Shown: positions 1 to 9,997, counted from the stretch's first letter. The stretch is 64,000 bases of DNA from Candidatus Bathyarchaeota archaeon (GCA_963782525.1 CAWAKC010000001.1:192001-256000), one strand, 5' to 3'. Numbers and translations: made by a program. Notes: generated from the sequence alone by a model not told the origin.

Positions 1-944
1 CCAATTATTTGGAAGAAGAGATTGGTGCCTGGGGCAGGTCGTCCAAATTGTGCCCAAAGGAGTTGGCCGAAGAAGTACACGTTTGCAAATAATGCTGAGG
101 CAAAGATGACTGGCAAGTTTGAAACGTATAGCAATTTAATTGGGTATCTGCTACGGAAGCCTTTGTACCCTGCGTAACTCATTGGAAGCTCAATTCGGAT
201 GCCTTGCAAGTAGATAACTATGAGGAATACTGCGATTGTGGCGAAGAACCCCAGCAATGATGGATAGACGCCCCCTGCTGAACCGAAGGCCCATTGAACT
301 AAACTTTGTTGTCCGCCTAAGAGGGATGAAAGTGAACCAACGAATAAGCCAGTTGGAGGCGAGAAGGTTGACCACAGAATGTTCTGGGCGACACCAGCCA
401 TAATGAATAAGCTGATTCCGCTGCCTAGCCCCCAGCCCTTTTGGACGAGTTCATCCATTAACATCACAATTACACCCGTAATTATCAATTGTATGAAAAT
501 TACTATTATCACTGGTCCAGCAAGGTTTGTTCCATACATGCCGCTTAGAATGTATGCACCTGCTTGGATAGCGGTAAGGACGATGGTGAAGACTTTGCTT
601 GCCGAGGTAAAGAGTCCTCTATCTTCAGAGTTTGACATATCACACTTAATGATTGAGGAGCCGGCGAGTAACTGCAGAATTAACCCAGCCGTAACGATGG
701 GACCAATGCCCAACTCCATTAAGGTGCCTCGGTTTGAGGCGAAAATTACTCTTAATTGACCAAACTGGTCTGATGCTGAAGTTGCAACCCCGTAGAGCGG
801 GATTTCAGTCATGACAAGAAAAATTACGAGAACGAGTGCTGTCCAGAAGATTTTTTCGTTAAAACTGACTTTGCGCTCAGGCTTTTTGATTTCAGGTAAA
901 ACTCTGCCTATTGGTTTGAAGAGGCTGAGGAATCTTCCGGGCAT
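1..944 (-). CDS. secY: Preprotein translocase subunit SecY (3' part outside window)
   Basis: Manual translation from ATG 944: MPGRFLSLFKPIGRVLPEIKKPERKVSFNEKIFWT...IPLYG...GTLMELGIGPIVTAGLILQLL; follows uL15. Confidence 0.96.
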   Translation of the reverse strand, partial: MPGRFLSLFKPIGRVLPEIKKPERKVSFNEKIFWTALVLVIFLVMTEIPLYGVATSASDQFGQLRVIFASNRGTLMELGIGPIVTAGLILQLLAGSSIIKCDMSNSEDRGLFTSASKVFTIVLTAIQAGAYILSGMYGTNLAGPVIIVIFIQLIITGVIVMLMDELVQKGWGLGSGISLFIMAGVAQNILWSTFSPPTGLFVGSLSSLLGGQQSLVQWAFGSAGGVYPSLLGFFATIAVFLIVIYLQGIRIELPMSYAGYKGFRSRYPIKLLYVSNLPVIFASALFANVYFFGQLLWAQFGRPAPGTNLFFQII

Positions 945-953
945 CTAGAAACT

Positions 954-1364
954 TTACTCTCCGTTGGCTTGGGGAGCTACGATTTTTCCGCCCGCTTGAG
1001 TGACTTTCTCTTGCGCAGTCTTCGAGAATGATGCTACATGGATGGTTAGGGGTTTAGTTATTTTTCCTGTGCCCAACAGTTTGGTGTAGCCGAGTTCAGT
1101 TAAGTTGACTTCGTTGGTTTGTGCAAGTTGATCAAGTTTGACTAGGTTTATGGCGTTTACTTTGGTGTGAAGGCTTTTAGGTGAGGTGAAGCCGTGTTTG
1201 CCGAAGTAATTGGGTTCAGATGTAACGACTAAGCTCCAGAGGTGTTTGTGACGTCCGACTTTCCTTGCGCCTTTGCTGCCTGAGTCTCGGTGTTGGCCTA
1301 TTCTTCCGTAACCTTGTGTTCTTGAGCCTCTTGTTTTCCGGATTTTTCTTAGTTTATGTGGCAT
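954..1364 (-). CDS. rpl15: 50S ribosomal protein uL15
   Basis: MPHKLRKIRKTRGSRTQGYGRIGQHR...FGKHGF...KLLGTG; start moved to ATG 1364. Confidence 0.96.
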   Translation of the reverse strand: MPHKLRKIRKTRGSRTQGYGRIGQHRDSGSKGARKVGRHKHLWSLVVTSEPNYFGKHGFTSPKSLHTKVNAINLVKLDQLAQTNEVNLTELGYTKLLGTGKITKPLTIHVASFSKTAQEKVTQAGGKIVAPQANGE

Positions 1365-1797
1365 TTTGATCAGCTTCTTTATCCAATGTTTCTGCTTTTT
1401 TAAGCTTGATTTCGAGCACGCCATTCTTAAATTTGGTGTGCATCGCGTTTGGAATCACTACCGTCGGAAGATTTAAACTTTTATAGTATCTTCGATCTTT
1501 CGATTTTGCCGACAGCGTAATTTTCTGGTCTTTCACATTTATCTTGAGAGAATCCTTATTAAAGCCTACTATTTCAGCGACGATTGTTATCGTGTTGCCT
1601 TCTTGGAAAATATCTATTAGGGGTTTTTGTTCAGGTAAGCTACGTTTAGTAAAGCTTTTTGAAGGGCGGAAGTTCGTATGAGTTGGAATCGACTTGGGTC
1701 TTTTAGAGGTTTTATATGTTTCAGGTTCCTTGCCAGTCAACCCATTCAAATCTAGCCATTTCCGGTTCTTGCTTGATCTTCTCCATCTTGCACTCAT
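1354..1797 (-). CDS. Hsp20/alpha-crystallin domain protein
   Basis: PLIDIFQE...IVAEIVG...YYKSLNLP...FKNGVLEIKLKK; purine-rich SD-like stretch upstream. Confidence 0.85.
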   Translation of the reverse strand: MSARWRRSSKNRKWLDLNGLTGKEPETYKTSKRPKSIPTHTNFRPSKSFTKRSLPEQKPLIDIFQEGNTITIVAEIVGFNKDSLKINVKDQKITLSAKSKDRRYYKSLNLPTVVIPNAMHTKFKNGVLEIKLKKAETLDKEADQNAT

Positions 1798-1846
1798 TTT
1801 GTCTCTTTCCCCCTCTCCGATTAACTAACGCATTTCTCTGATGACA

Positions 1847-1854
1847 TTATAAAA
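1847..1854 (-). promoter_or_regulatory. TATA box for Hsp20-uL15-secY unit
   Basis: TTTTATAA on minus strand 50 nt upstream of ATG 1797. Confidence 0.5.
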
Positions 1855-2174
1855 CGTATCGCACATAAAGGGTGACAAAACACCTGAACAATACGAAGCA
1901 AAATATCCATGAAAACGGCGATTGAGTGGCGGTTTGACGGAGATGAATAGGATGCTTTGGCGTAAATTTAGAAAGTAAGCGGTAGTTCGTGGTTTTAACA
2001 TTCATCTGGCTTGGAAAGCTGCCAATACGGCTCCCTTATAGGTTCTGCATTGATAAACTATTTTGGACACAAATATGCAGTTTTAGAAAGTAAGATAATG
2101 AATAAATGGATGTGTTTTTGTTGCTAAAAGGAGTAACAAGTAAGGCTTATTTGCAAGTTTTTTCAATTGCTTTT

Positions 2175-2608
2175 ATGAGTAGTTCAATTGACGTTGATAC
2201 AGTCTTTATTATAATTCAAATAGTAATCGTTTTCATGCTTATTCTTGGGTTGCCATTGGCGAGGGGAGCACAAAATAGAAAAACCTGAGTAGACAGGGCT
2301 ATTTACCAATTTTTGCATTAGTCCTACGTACCCTTATGATCATCATCGTTATGGTGTTTTTAGCTATGGATGGTTTTATTCCAATAAAAGATTTGTCCAT
2401 GCCAAGAAGCTTATTTGTCGTTGTTTTTCATATGGTCATTGGGCGGTAGCGTTGGGATTAGGTTACGCGGTTATAGGTTTTTGGTTATCAAAACCTGTGG
2501 GAAACATGAATTGTTACGGAGCCATAAAAACTTATGTTACCGACTCTCATAACGTGGATCGTTTCACTTGTATTGGGTATAATCATGCATTTCTTTGAAA
2601 TTTTTTAA
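2175..2608 (+). pseudogene. Frameshifted multi-pass membrane protein (DUF420-like)
   Basis: Four hydrophobic segments joined by three frame changes: MSSSIDVDTVFIIIQIVIVF.../NLSRQGYLPIFALVL.../AVALGLGYAVIGFWL.../LMLPTLITWIVSLVLGIIMHFFEIF*. Confidence 0.6.
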
Positions 2609-2712
2609 TACTTTTGTCAGTAAAAATTTAATTAACGAAAGGCTACACGATAACGTTGAATTAAAAATTGTAGAAAAGTTGAATAAAATAGAATGATAAT
2701 TGCGCTGGTTGT

Positions 2713-3201
2713 TTAGACCATGCGTTGAACTAGTTCATTGATTGCTTCTCCACGGTAGCCTGCTTCGCCGCCTGCTTTGAAGCCTTTTTTGGTTTTGCCT
2801 TTGTAGCCTTTGCTTGGCGGATGGAGCCGGAAGCGCGCGACTATGTCTGGGAGTTTGCCGTATTGTACTTTGCATGACACGATGTCTTCTACGAGGTCAT
2901 CAACGTTTTTGTAGCCGATTTTTGTGAGGTATTCGCTGGTTAGTTTTTTGTCGCCTGCTAAGAGTGCACGTTTCTGTATCATCAGAGCTACGGTTTCTTT
3001 GGTGGGTTCACCGTAGGTTACGTAGCTGTTTATGCGTTGCAGCATGCCTTTGTAGGCGGGTCGGCTGTCGATTAGGACCGCATGGTTTGTGTGGCTTAAG
3101 TGGAGTAGGTTAAGTGTTTCTCTGGCTTCGCGTTGTGCGCTGACGGTTCCTCGGATTCTAACAACGACTAGTGGTTTGCATTCTTCGGTTTTCTGTGCCA
3201 T
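2713..3201 (-). CDS. rpl30: 50S ribosomal protein uL30
   Basis: VVRIRG...TLNLLHL...FRLHPPSKG...GYRGEAINELVQRM. Confidence 0.96.
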   Translation of the reverse strand: MAQKTEECKPLVVVRIRGTVSAQREARETLNLLHLSHTNHAVLIDSRPAYKGMLQRINSYVTYGEPTKETVALMIQKRALLAGDKKLTSEYLTKIGYKNVDDLVEDIVSCKVQYGKLPDIVARFRLHPPSKGYKGKTKKGFKAGGEAGYRGEAINELVQRMV

Positions 3202-3202
3202 T

Positions 3203-3859
3203 TTACCTCACCCAGTCCACTGTGGTAATCAAATTATAAGTCTTCCGTAACCCATCAAAGATTGCGCATGCATAAGACGGCACGGTTCTTGTGGAGCCGT
3301 AGCTTCTCATCCAAAGATCTTTGACGCCTGCTAAACCTAAGATTACTTTGGCCACTTCGCTTGAAACCAAGCCTAAGCCTCTTGGTCCTGGAACGATTAC
3401 TACTCGGACACCGCCACATTTGCCTTCCACTTCGAATGGAACAGAGTGTGGTTTTCCGCATCCGCATTCCCAACTTCCGCATCCACGTTTAACCGGGATG
3501 ATGTTGAGGCGGGCGTTTACTGCTGCTTTTTCGATAGCGTTTCGAACTTGGCTGGCTTTTCCGCTGCCTAAGCCGATGTAGCCGTCTCGGTTGCCGACTG
3601 CAACTATAGCTTTGAAACGGGATTTTTCGCCTGCGTCAGTTTGTTTCTGGACTAAGTTAACGTTTATGACTTCTTCTTGCAAGTCAGGAATCAAGGAGTC
3701 AACGATTTGTGACTCTGAGATTTTTATGCCTGATAGGAAGAGGTCTTCGATGCTTGTGATTTTGCCTTCCTGTATCATCTTGCCTAGTCTGGTTTTTGGT
3801 ATCCAGGCTTCTAAGTTAGTTGTTCGTTTTTCTCTTTCGTTTCGGTTTCTACTGCTCAT
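3203..3859 (-). CDS. rps5: 30S ribosomal protein uS5
   Basis: WIPKTRLG...QKQTDAG...RGCGSWEC...PGPRGLGLV. Confidence 0.97.
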   Translation of the reverse strand: MSSRNRNEREKRTTNLEAWIPKTRLGKMIQEGKITSIEDLFLSGIKISESQIVDSLIPDLQEEVINVNLVQKQTDAGEKSRFKAIVAVGNRDGYIGLGSGKASQVRNAIEKAAVNARLNIIPVKRGCGSWECGCGKPHSVPFEVEGKCGGVRVVIVPGPRGLGLVSSEVAKVILGLAGVKDLWMRSYGSTRTVPSYACAIFDGLRKTYNLITTVDWVR

Positions 3860-4800
3860 TCTTTCTTTCCACCTTTCTTAGCGGTCTTTGGTTTCGGCTC
3901 TTTTTCTTTAGGTGCTGATTCTTTTGTTGCAGCCTTCTCTTTAGTTGCTTTTTCTTTGGGCGCTTTCTCTTTGGTTACTGTTGCTTTTGCTTTAGATGCC
4001 TTCTTCTCTTTTGGGGCTTTTTCTTTGGTTGTTTTGGCTGCAGCTTTTTCTTTAACAGATGCAACTTCTGGTAGTTTTTCTTCTTTTGCTTTAGCTGGAG
4101 CCTTTTCTTTAGGAGCAGCTGCTTTGGGGGCTGGTGCTGCTTCGACTGCTGCCTTAGGAGCTTTTTCTTTTGGAGCAGCTTTTGGTTTGATGGCTTCTGG
4201 CGGTAATTTTGCGCTCTTAGTTCCAGCCATGATGTCAGCCTTAACTTTAGCGAAGTGCTCACCGATTTTTTCTGGAGCCACACCTTGCGCGTTGTACTGT
4301 GAGAATTTAGCGGTGTATTCTTCTGAGCCTACGCCTATGCTTTTAGCGTATTTTGCTATGTGGTCACCTTTCACGCGTTCTTTAACGATTTTTTCTTCGC
4401 TATGGGGAACCGCTACGCCTGCGTCTACGACACCGCTTAAGACAGCGAAGCTTCGTGAACCTTTTGTTGGTGAAACCAAGCCAAGGTCAAGGACTGCATC
4501 TTTGATGCCAGCCGCTTTAGCTTTCAAACCAGCCAATAACCCTGTTAGGTAAGCGGCGGGGATGTTACCTGTTGGAGCTCTCCAACCGTAAGATTTTATA
4601 AGTTCATGGCTGTTGGCTGACGCTAAAACTTCGTCGCCATGGGGCTTAGCAATTATTATTTGAACTTCAACATTTTTGTTGGACCCCCTTGTAACAAGCC
4701 GTGGTTTTCTGGATGTGACCAGAGCCTTGCGTGCTTGATAATCGGTTTTTCCTTCGCGTCTGCGTCGCAGTTGTACTCTGTAATTTGCTTTTTTCGCCAT
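3856..4800 (-). CDS. rpl18: 50S ribosomal protein uL18 with long K/A/E/P-rich C-terminal tail
   Basis: RRRREGKTDY...PRLV...N.PAAYLTG; ~120-aa low-complexity extension. Confidence 0.96.
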   Translation of the reverse strand: MAKKANYRVQLRRRREGKTDYQARKALVTSRKPRLVTRGSNKNVEVQIIIAKPHGDEVLASANSHELIKSYGWRAPTGNIPAAYLTGLLAGLKAKAAGIKDAVLDLGLVSPTKGSRSFAVLSGVVDAGVAVPHSEEKIVKERVKGDHIAKYAKSIGVGSEEYTAKFSQYNAQGVAPEKIGEHFAKVKADIMAGTKSAKLPPEAIKPKAAPKEKAPKAAVEAAPAPKAAAPKEKAPAKAKEEKLPEVASVKEKAAAKTTKEKAPKEKKASKAKATVTKEKAPKEKATKEKAATKESAPKEKEPKPKTAKKGGKKE

Positions 4801-5256
4801 CTAACGTTTCCTCCATAAATCATGCGCTTTCAAATTGCGCTCTAAGTCAGCAATAGACTCAAACCTTCCGCTGCCTGCCATCCTGTAGTATTGGGTGTAG
4901 GTGGTTTCGGTTATGACTTTTCTTGCTTTCAAATCTCTTAGCTTGCGCCGTAGAGAACGGATTCTTATCATCCAAGCTTCTTTCTTGGTGACTTTTGCGT
5001 GGCCTGCACCTTTGAGGCTTCCTGGACCGCTTCGTCTGCCCTTAAGTTTCTTAGCTCGGATAACTTTTGCTCGTGACCTGCTTACGCCTATCTCAGGCAA
5101 TGAAACGATAATTTTCTCGTGAATCAGTTTTCTTACTTCTTCACGTGTAATCGCGCCTTCAACATCGTCCATGCGTTCAGGATTAATCCAAACACGGTTC
5201 TGCCCAATCTTTAAGATTCTGGCAGCTAAACGTCTTTGTCCGCTTAAGTCAGTCAT
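4801..5256 (-). CDS. rpl19e: 50S ribosomal protein eL19
   Basis: QRRLAARILKIGQNRVWI...AITREEVRKLI...GRRSGPGS. Confidence 0.97.
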   Translation of the reverse strand: MTDLSGQRRLAARILKIGQNRVWINPERMDDVEGAITREEVRKLIHEKIIVSLPEIGVSRSRAKVIRAKKLKGRRSGPGSLKGAGHAKVTKKEAWMIRIRSLRRKLRDLKARKVITETTYTQYYRMAGSGRFESIADLERNLKAHDLWRKR

Positions 5257-5813
5257 TGTTTCTTTTCTCCCTTCTTTGGTTTAGGCTTTGCTTTTTCCTT
5301 TTTAGGAGCTTTCTTTTTGGTTTCTTTCTTGGGCGTCTCTTCTTTGACTGTTTTCTCTTCCACTTCGGCCTCTGGCGCTTCGCCTTCGGCTTCCTCGGTT
5401 TTTTCTTTGGTTTCCTTAGAGACTTTGATGTTTAAGATTTTGATGTTAAGGGCTTTTGCTTCCGCAATGATTAGGGCACGTTTTCTTTTGCCTACGGTAT
5501 GTGCGATGCGTGCTGCTTGAGTGTTAGGGTCGATAGTCGATAGGTCCGCTATATTGAAGACTATGACTTCGCGGTATCCTGATGGATGAAGGAATCGGGC
5601 TATTTTGGGTCCCTTGTAGCCCATGCTGGGTCCTGGAGGCCAACCTTTGATTTTTCGGCGTATCTTGTTGTCTAAGCCGCGGGGGCGTCTCCAGCTTAAG
5701 CTGAAGCGGTCGTATTTCCAGCTCTCAGCCCTTACGAATTTGGGTTTTTTGTTCCTTGCGCGCTCTCTAACTTTGAGTGCTTCGCGTGATGGAGACTGTT
5801 TCTTTTCGGTCAT
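5253..5813 (-). CDS. rpl32e: 50S ribosomal protein eL32 with charged tail
   Basis: PKFVR...WRRPRGLDNKIRR...LHPSGY. Confidence 0.96.
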   Translation of the reverse strand: MTEKKQSPSREALKVRERARNKKPKFVRAESWKYDRFSLSWRRPRGLDNKIRRKIKGWPPGPSMGYKGPKIARFLHPSGYREVIVFNIADLSTIDPNTQAARIAHTVGKRKRALIIAEAKALNIKILNIKVSKETKEKTEEAEGEAPEAEVEEKTVKEETPKKETKKKAPKKEKAKPKPKKGEKKQ

Positions 5814-6358
5814 TATGCCATTCCTTCGTTTCTTTCATATACGAATATGCCGTCGAGGAAAACTCGGGGATCCTTGTTTCGAACACGGGTTGCTTGTTCA
5901 ATGTTGGCAGCGGTTTGGCTTACTTCTTCCAAGTTTGCGCCTTCAACAATGATGTCATCGGGTTCAATCTTCACCTTGATATTGCCAGTTAATTTTATTC
6001 TGCGAGGTCTGCGTTCGCCTGTAAAGTTTTCAATCAAGATGGATTTGTCCTGTAGCTTTACTGATATTGGAAAGTGTGAGAAGACTATTTTGAGTTTGTA
6101 TTGGTAGCCTTTTGTTACGCCTGTTATCATGTTGTTAATGTGTGAGTAGATGGTACCTACGAGAGCAGCTTCCTTTTTGCGCGGCCACTTGGCTGAGATG
6201 CGGACGTTTTTACCTTCGCCTTCGATTGAGATTGAAGCAAACGAGAAGTCGCGTGTTAATGTTCCTTTGGCGCCTTTGACACTGATTTTTTTGCCCTCTA
6301 ACGTTAAGTTTACATCGTTTGGAACTTGAACAGTTTTAGATATTTCTGGAAGCCGCAT
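5813..6358 (-). CDS. rpl6: 50S ribosomal protein uL6
   Basis: HINNMITGVTKG...HFPI...DPRVFLDGIFV. Confidence 0.97.
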   Translation of the reverse strand: MRLPEISKTVQVPNDVNLTLEGKKISVKGAKGTLTRDFSFASISIEGEGKNVRISAKWPRKKEAALVGTIYSHINNMITGVTKGYQYKLKIVFSHFPISVKLQDKSILIENFTGERRPRRIKLTGNIKVKIEPDDIIVEGANLEEVSQTAANIEQATRVRNKDPRVFLDGIFVYERNEGMA

Positions 6359-6369
6359 AAGTTACACTC

Positions 6370-6753
6370 CTAATACACGAAGGCTAAGAGCCTTCCTCCA
6401 AGGTTTTTTTCTTCAGCATCTTTGTGAGCGATTACGCCTTTTGATGTTGAAACGACCATTATACCTACATCTCTTGAGGGTAGGAATTTCTTTTCCCATC
6501 CTTCGAATTCGTCAACTTTAACGGCGAAGCGTGGTTTAACTGGACCGCACTTGTTGATTCTGCCCAGCAGTTGAACTTTGAATTTGCCTTGTCGTCCGTC
6601 ATCGATGAATTCGAATTCTCCGATGTAACCGTTAAGTTGCATGATGCGTAGAACGCGTCCCAAAAGTTTAGAGGCAGGGCTAATTATGCATTCACGCTTG
6701 TTACGTGTTTCGTTGTTCTTGATGGTTATCAAACCATTTGTTAAGGTGTCCAT
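6370..6753 (-). CDS. rps8: 30S ribosomal protein uS8
   Basis: GYIGEFEFIDDGRQG...GRINKCG...STSKG...GGRLL. Confidence 0.97.
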   Translation of the reverse strand: MDTLTNGLITIKNNETRNKRECIISPASKLLGRVLRIMQLNGYIGEFEFIDDGRQGKFKVQLLGRINKCGPVKPRFAVKVDEFEGWEKKFLPSRDVGIMVVSTSKGVIAHKDAEEKNLGGRLLAFVY

Positions 6754-6765
6754 TTTTTTTAGCTC

Positions 6766-6930
6766 CTACTCATATTTTTTGAACCCTAATTTTGGGGCTG
6801 CTTCTCTAAAGCATGTTCTACATAGATATAAATCGTAACGTCTGATGACTGGTCCATACGAGCCACATCTAACACATGGGCGTGAACCTTTGCCGTATTT
6901 TCTTACTTTCTTAACTTGCTGTTTTCCCAT
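6766..6930 (-). CDS. rps14: 30S ribosomal protein uS14 (not in ORF track)
   Basis: Manual translation [54 protein letters not shown]; two CxxC; expected position. Confidence 0.96.
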   Translation of the reverse strand: MGKQQVKKVRKYGKGSRPCVRCGSYGPVIRRYDLYLCRTCFREAAPKLGFKKYE

Positions 6931-6946
6931 ACATTCACTCTCTGGT

Positions 6947-7486
6947 TTAGACGATTTCGACTCCTAAGGTTTGTTTTATGAAGATGATTGATTCTTCAGG
7001 TGTTAAGAGATGTTTTGGACCGATGGTCTTGTTTTGTTTTCGGCGGATTCTGATTCTCTGTCCAGGGCGGTTAACGGCTACGCAGACGTCCATGCCGAAG
7101 ATGCCGATATCTGGATCATATTTCACGCCTGGAATTTCGATGTGTTCTTTTAGGCCGAAGGCAAAGTTGCCACGTTCGTCGAAGGAACGTTTCGAAACTT
7201 TGTTGTCCACTACCGGTAGCACTTTTTTGAGGAAATCCACCGCTTTTTGTTTGCGTAAAGTTACGACGACTGCGATTGACTCGCCTTCGCGTATGCCGAA
7301 GTCTCGAATGGTTTTTTTAGCTTTCTTTTTGACGGGTGTTTGACCGGTGATTTCTTGGAGAACTTTGTTAGCTTTCTCGAGTGGTTCGCCTGATTTGCCA
7401 ACGTTAAGGTTTACGACAACTTTGTCGATTCGTGGTTTAAGCATTGGATGCTGTTCCCAATTACTGATTATTGCTTCTTCAGACAA
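6947..7486 (-). CDS. rpl5: 50S ribosomal protein uL5
   Basis: [13 protein letters not shown]...FGIREGE...GNFAFG...[11 protein letters not shown]. Confidence 0.97.
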   Translation of the reverse strand: MSEEAIISNWEQHPMLKPRIDKVVVNLNVGKSGEPLEKANKVLQEITGQTPVKKKAKKTIRDFGIREGESIAVVVTLRKQKAVDFLKKVLPVVDNKVSKRSFDERGNFAFGLKEHIEIPGVKYDPDIGIFGMDVCVAVNRPGQRIRIRRKQNKTIGPKHLLTPEESIIFIKQTLGVEIV

Positions 7487-8243
7487 CTGCTGGTTCCTCC
7501 AGTGATGTTATGAGTGGTTCAGTTTCTCCTATGGAGAAGATGAAGTCAAGGATTGTTTGGCAACGTTTACCTTCGGAGTCTTCGATGACTACTAGGGCTT
7601 GGCGGCGTTTTTTGGCTTCTGTTTTTTCGATTTCAACTATCTTGCCTTGTTTGCCGATGTTTTTTCCGCCAGTAATTATTGCCAAGTTTCCTTCCTTTAC
7701 CTTCAATGTTTGAACTACTTGTTTTTCTGGATAAGTTACTTTCAGGATATCAAAGGTTTCAAATGTCACTTCAACAGGTTTTTTTGGGTCAGCTACTTTT
7801 ACTAGCATGACTGAACCATCGTGGACGGCGATTTGTACTCCGTTATGGACTGTGGCTTTGTTCTCTACCCTAAGCAACGATACATTGGATTCTTCCTTGC
7901 TTATTGGGGCTAAAAACAATCCTTTGTGTGACGGCATGACTCTGTAGTATTTGTTGCTGTCAGGTAAAGCAATGACATCCATTAAGCCAACTGGGATGTC
8001 ATCTTTTTTGTAGACTTTCCCGTTGACTATTACTTTGCCTTGCGAAATAATTATTTTGCCTTCCTTTCTTGTTTGTGCTACACCCAGCATGTCCCTTAAG
8101 ACCATCGTTAAGGGTACACATTTTTCCAGTGAATGTGAACCTGATGAAGGTTTCACTATCCATGGCAATTCTTTTCTGTGAATAGGCCAGAATGCTGGAG
8201 CTGGCTTCCGTTTCAGCCTTGCAGTTTTTCCTTTTTTACCCAT
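7479..8243 (-). CDS. rps4e: 30S ribosomal protein eS4
   Basis: LKRKPAPAFWPI...PVGLMDV...GGKNIG. Confidence 0.96.
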   Translation of the reverse strand: MGKKGKTARLKRKPAPAFWPIHRKELPWIVKPSSGSHSLEKCVPLTMVLRDMLGVAQTRKEGKIIISQGKVIVNGKVYKKDDIPVGLMDVIALPDSNKYYRVMPSHKGLFLAPISKEESNVSLLRVENKATVHNGVQIAVHDGSVMLVKVADPKKPVEVTFETFDILKVTYPEKQVVQTLKVKEGNLAIITGGKNIGKQGKIVEIEKTEAKKRRQALVVIEDSEGKRCQTILDFIFSIGETEPLITSLEEPAVV

Positions 8244-8245
8244 AT

Positions 8246-8938
8246 TTATTGTCCTCCCTTAGTTTTTACAGAGGTTTTTGGTTTAGCCTTAGCTTTTGGC
8301 GCGGCTTCTTCTTCCGCTGCCTTTTTTGCGGCTGGTGCCTTCTTTGTTGCCTTTTTAGCAGTTGGAGCTTTTTCTTCTTTTGCAGGTACAGCTTTTTTAG
8401 CGGCAGGTTTCTTTGCTGGTGCTTCGGTTGTCATTTCTGCTGCTGGTACTGCTGCAACTTGAGGCGTAGCTTCTTCTTTAACCGGTGTTACTTTAACTTT
8501 CTCTTCTTTGGCTGGAGCCTTTTCTGCTTTCTTTATTGGCTTAGCTTTTGGTTTCTCTGGCTTTGCTGTATGCTGCTTCCGTTCAAGGATTTTCTTGCGC
8601 CATTTATCGTCCAAGTTGAGGTTGCGTATTTCAACTTTGGATGGATGAATAGGAAGGAAAATGTTTGTTCCATCTACTTTTTCTCGTGTTAAACCTTCAA
8701 CGTATATGCGGAATGCTTTCAGGTCTACACGTGAAACTTTGCCTTCAAACCCTTTGTTGTCTCCGCGTTTAATCAAGATGGTGTCGCCTTTTCGCACTGG
8801 AAGAGTCTTGGCACCTCTTGATGCTGTAAGTTCACGGGAGAGTGGCGCTGACATGAGTTTGTGGCGGATGTGAGCTGGAGCGTTAAAGAGTCTTTTTCTT
8901 TGTTTGCCAGGGTTCTTTACTCGTTTTGTATCTTGCAT
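8246..8938 (-). CDS. rpl24: 50S ribosomal protein uL24 with K/A/E/P-rich tail
   Basis: KQRKRLFNAPAHIR...PVRKGD...IHPSKV; ~105-aa low-complexity extension. Confidence 0.96.
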   Translation of the reverse strand: MQDTKRVKNPGKQRKRLFNAPAHIRHKLMSAPLSRELTASRGAKTLPVRKGDTILIKRGDNKGFEGKVSRVDLKAFRIYVEGLTREKVDGTNIFLPIHPSKVEIRNLNLDDKWRKKILERKQHTAKPEKPKAKPIKKAEKAPAKEEKVKVTPVKEEATPQVAAVPAAEMTTEAPAKKPAAKKAVPAKEEKAPTAKKATKKAPAAKKAAEEEAAPKAKAKPKTSVKTKGGQ

Positions 8939-8948
8939 TATCTTACAC

Positions 8949-9392
8949 CTACACTATTATGCTGGAGGCACTTGCGATTCTTGGCCATCTCTCAGCTGCT
9001 TCTCTTGCTACTGGACCACGGATTTCTGAACCCTTCATTTCGCCGTCTGGAGTAATGATTACTGCGGCGTTATCTTCGAATTGTACCCAAACACCGTCGA
9101 TGCGTCTGAAGGTTTTTCTTTGGCGGACGATTACTGCTTGGAAGATTTTTTTGCGCATATCAGGTGAACCTTGACGGACGGAAACGGTTACTTTGTCGCC
9201 TACTGTGGCGGATGGGTAACGTCTTAGTCTGCCTTTGTAACCCATAGCTTGAATCAAGCGCAAAACACGTGCTCCTGTGTTATCTGTGCATCGTAGTTCG
9301 GATCCTGCTAAGAGGCCACGGCTGATTTTTTGTCCGTGACTAAGCATACCTTTTGCTGTTAGGGCTCTCTGCTTTGCCTTCGCTGCGCACAT
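8949..9392 (-). CDS. rpl14: 50S ribosomal protein uL14
   Basis: DNTGAR...AVIVRQRK...FEDNAAVI...GPVAREAAERWPRI. Confidence 0.97.
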   Translation of the reverse strand: MCAAKAKQRALTAKGMLSHGQKISRGLLAGSELRCTDNTGARVLRLIQAMGYKGRLRRYPSATVGDKVTVSVRQGSPDMRKKIFQAVIVRQRKTFRRIDGVWVQFEDNAAVIITPDGEMKGSEIRGPVAREAAERWPRIASASSIIV

Positions 9393-9393
9393 A

Positions 9394-9714
9394 TTATCGT
9401 TCCTCTCCTAATTTTTCAACAACCACGAATGAGACGGTTTTGCTGACTGGCCGGCACTCTGCAATTTTTACGCGGTCGCCTTCCTTAACGTCGATGCATG
9501 GTGGATTATGCGATGCAATGTGTCCGTGTCGTCTTTCGTAACGTACGAATTTTGTGGAGAATTGTGTGAATTCTCGGTCGACGATAACGGTTTTATCCAT
9601 TTTTGCAGTGTGAACGACGCCTTCCAAGACACGGCCTCTAACGGCTAGTGTTCCGTGGAATGGGCAATTTCGGTCATCACAAGTCTTTTTGGGTTTCTTG
9701 AAAGTCATAGACAT
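9394..9714 (-). CDS. rps17: 30S ribosomal protein uS17
   Basis: CDDRNCPFHG...KMDKTV...ECRPVSKT. Confidence 0.97.
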   Translation of the reverse strand: MSMTFKKPKKTCDDRNCPFHGTLAVRGRVLEGVVHTAKMDKTVIVDREFTQFSTKFVRYERRHGHIASHNPPCIDVKEGDRVKIAECRPVSKTVSFVVVEKLGEER

Positions 9715-9715
9715 A

Positions 9716-9997
9716 TTACCATAACCTCTTTACGCCTTTCTTTAGCCTGTCTTCAGATCTACCGACTAACAGTTTACCGTCAACTTCAACGGTTGTGCCA
9801 TCATCAAATGAGAAGTCAAACGTTGTAAGGTCTTTTATGACGCTTTTAGGTTGACCCTGATGAATGAGTGTAAGGGTGTTTCTTGTTTCAGCAACCACTG
9901 GACCTGCTAAGCCAAGGTAACCTGCATGAACACTCTGGGCAATCTTTGCTTGAGTACCGATAAACTCGTAGCGGATAATGTCTGGAGTTATTTTCAT
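9716..9997 (-). CDS. rnp1: Ribonuclease P protein component 1 (Rpp29/Pop4)
   Basis: EFIG...G.VVAETRNTL...VDGKLLVGRSEDRLK; conserved position between uL29 and uS17. Confidence 0.92.
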   Translation of the reverse strand: MKITPDIIRYEFIGTQAKIAQSVHAGYLGLAGPVVAETRNTLTLIHQGQPKSVIKDLTTFDFSFDDGTTVEVDGKLLVGRSEDRLKKGVKRLW

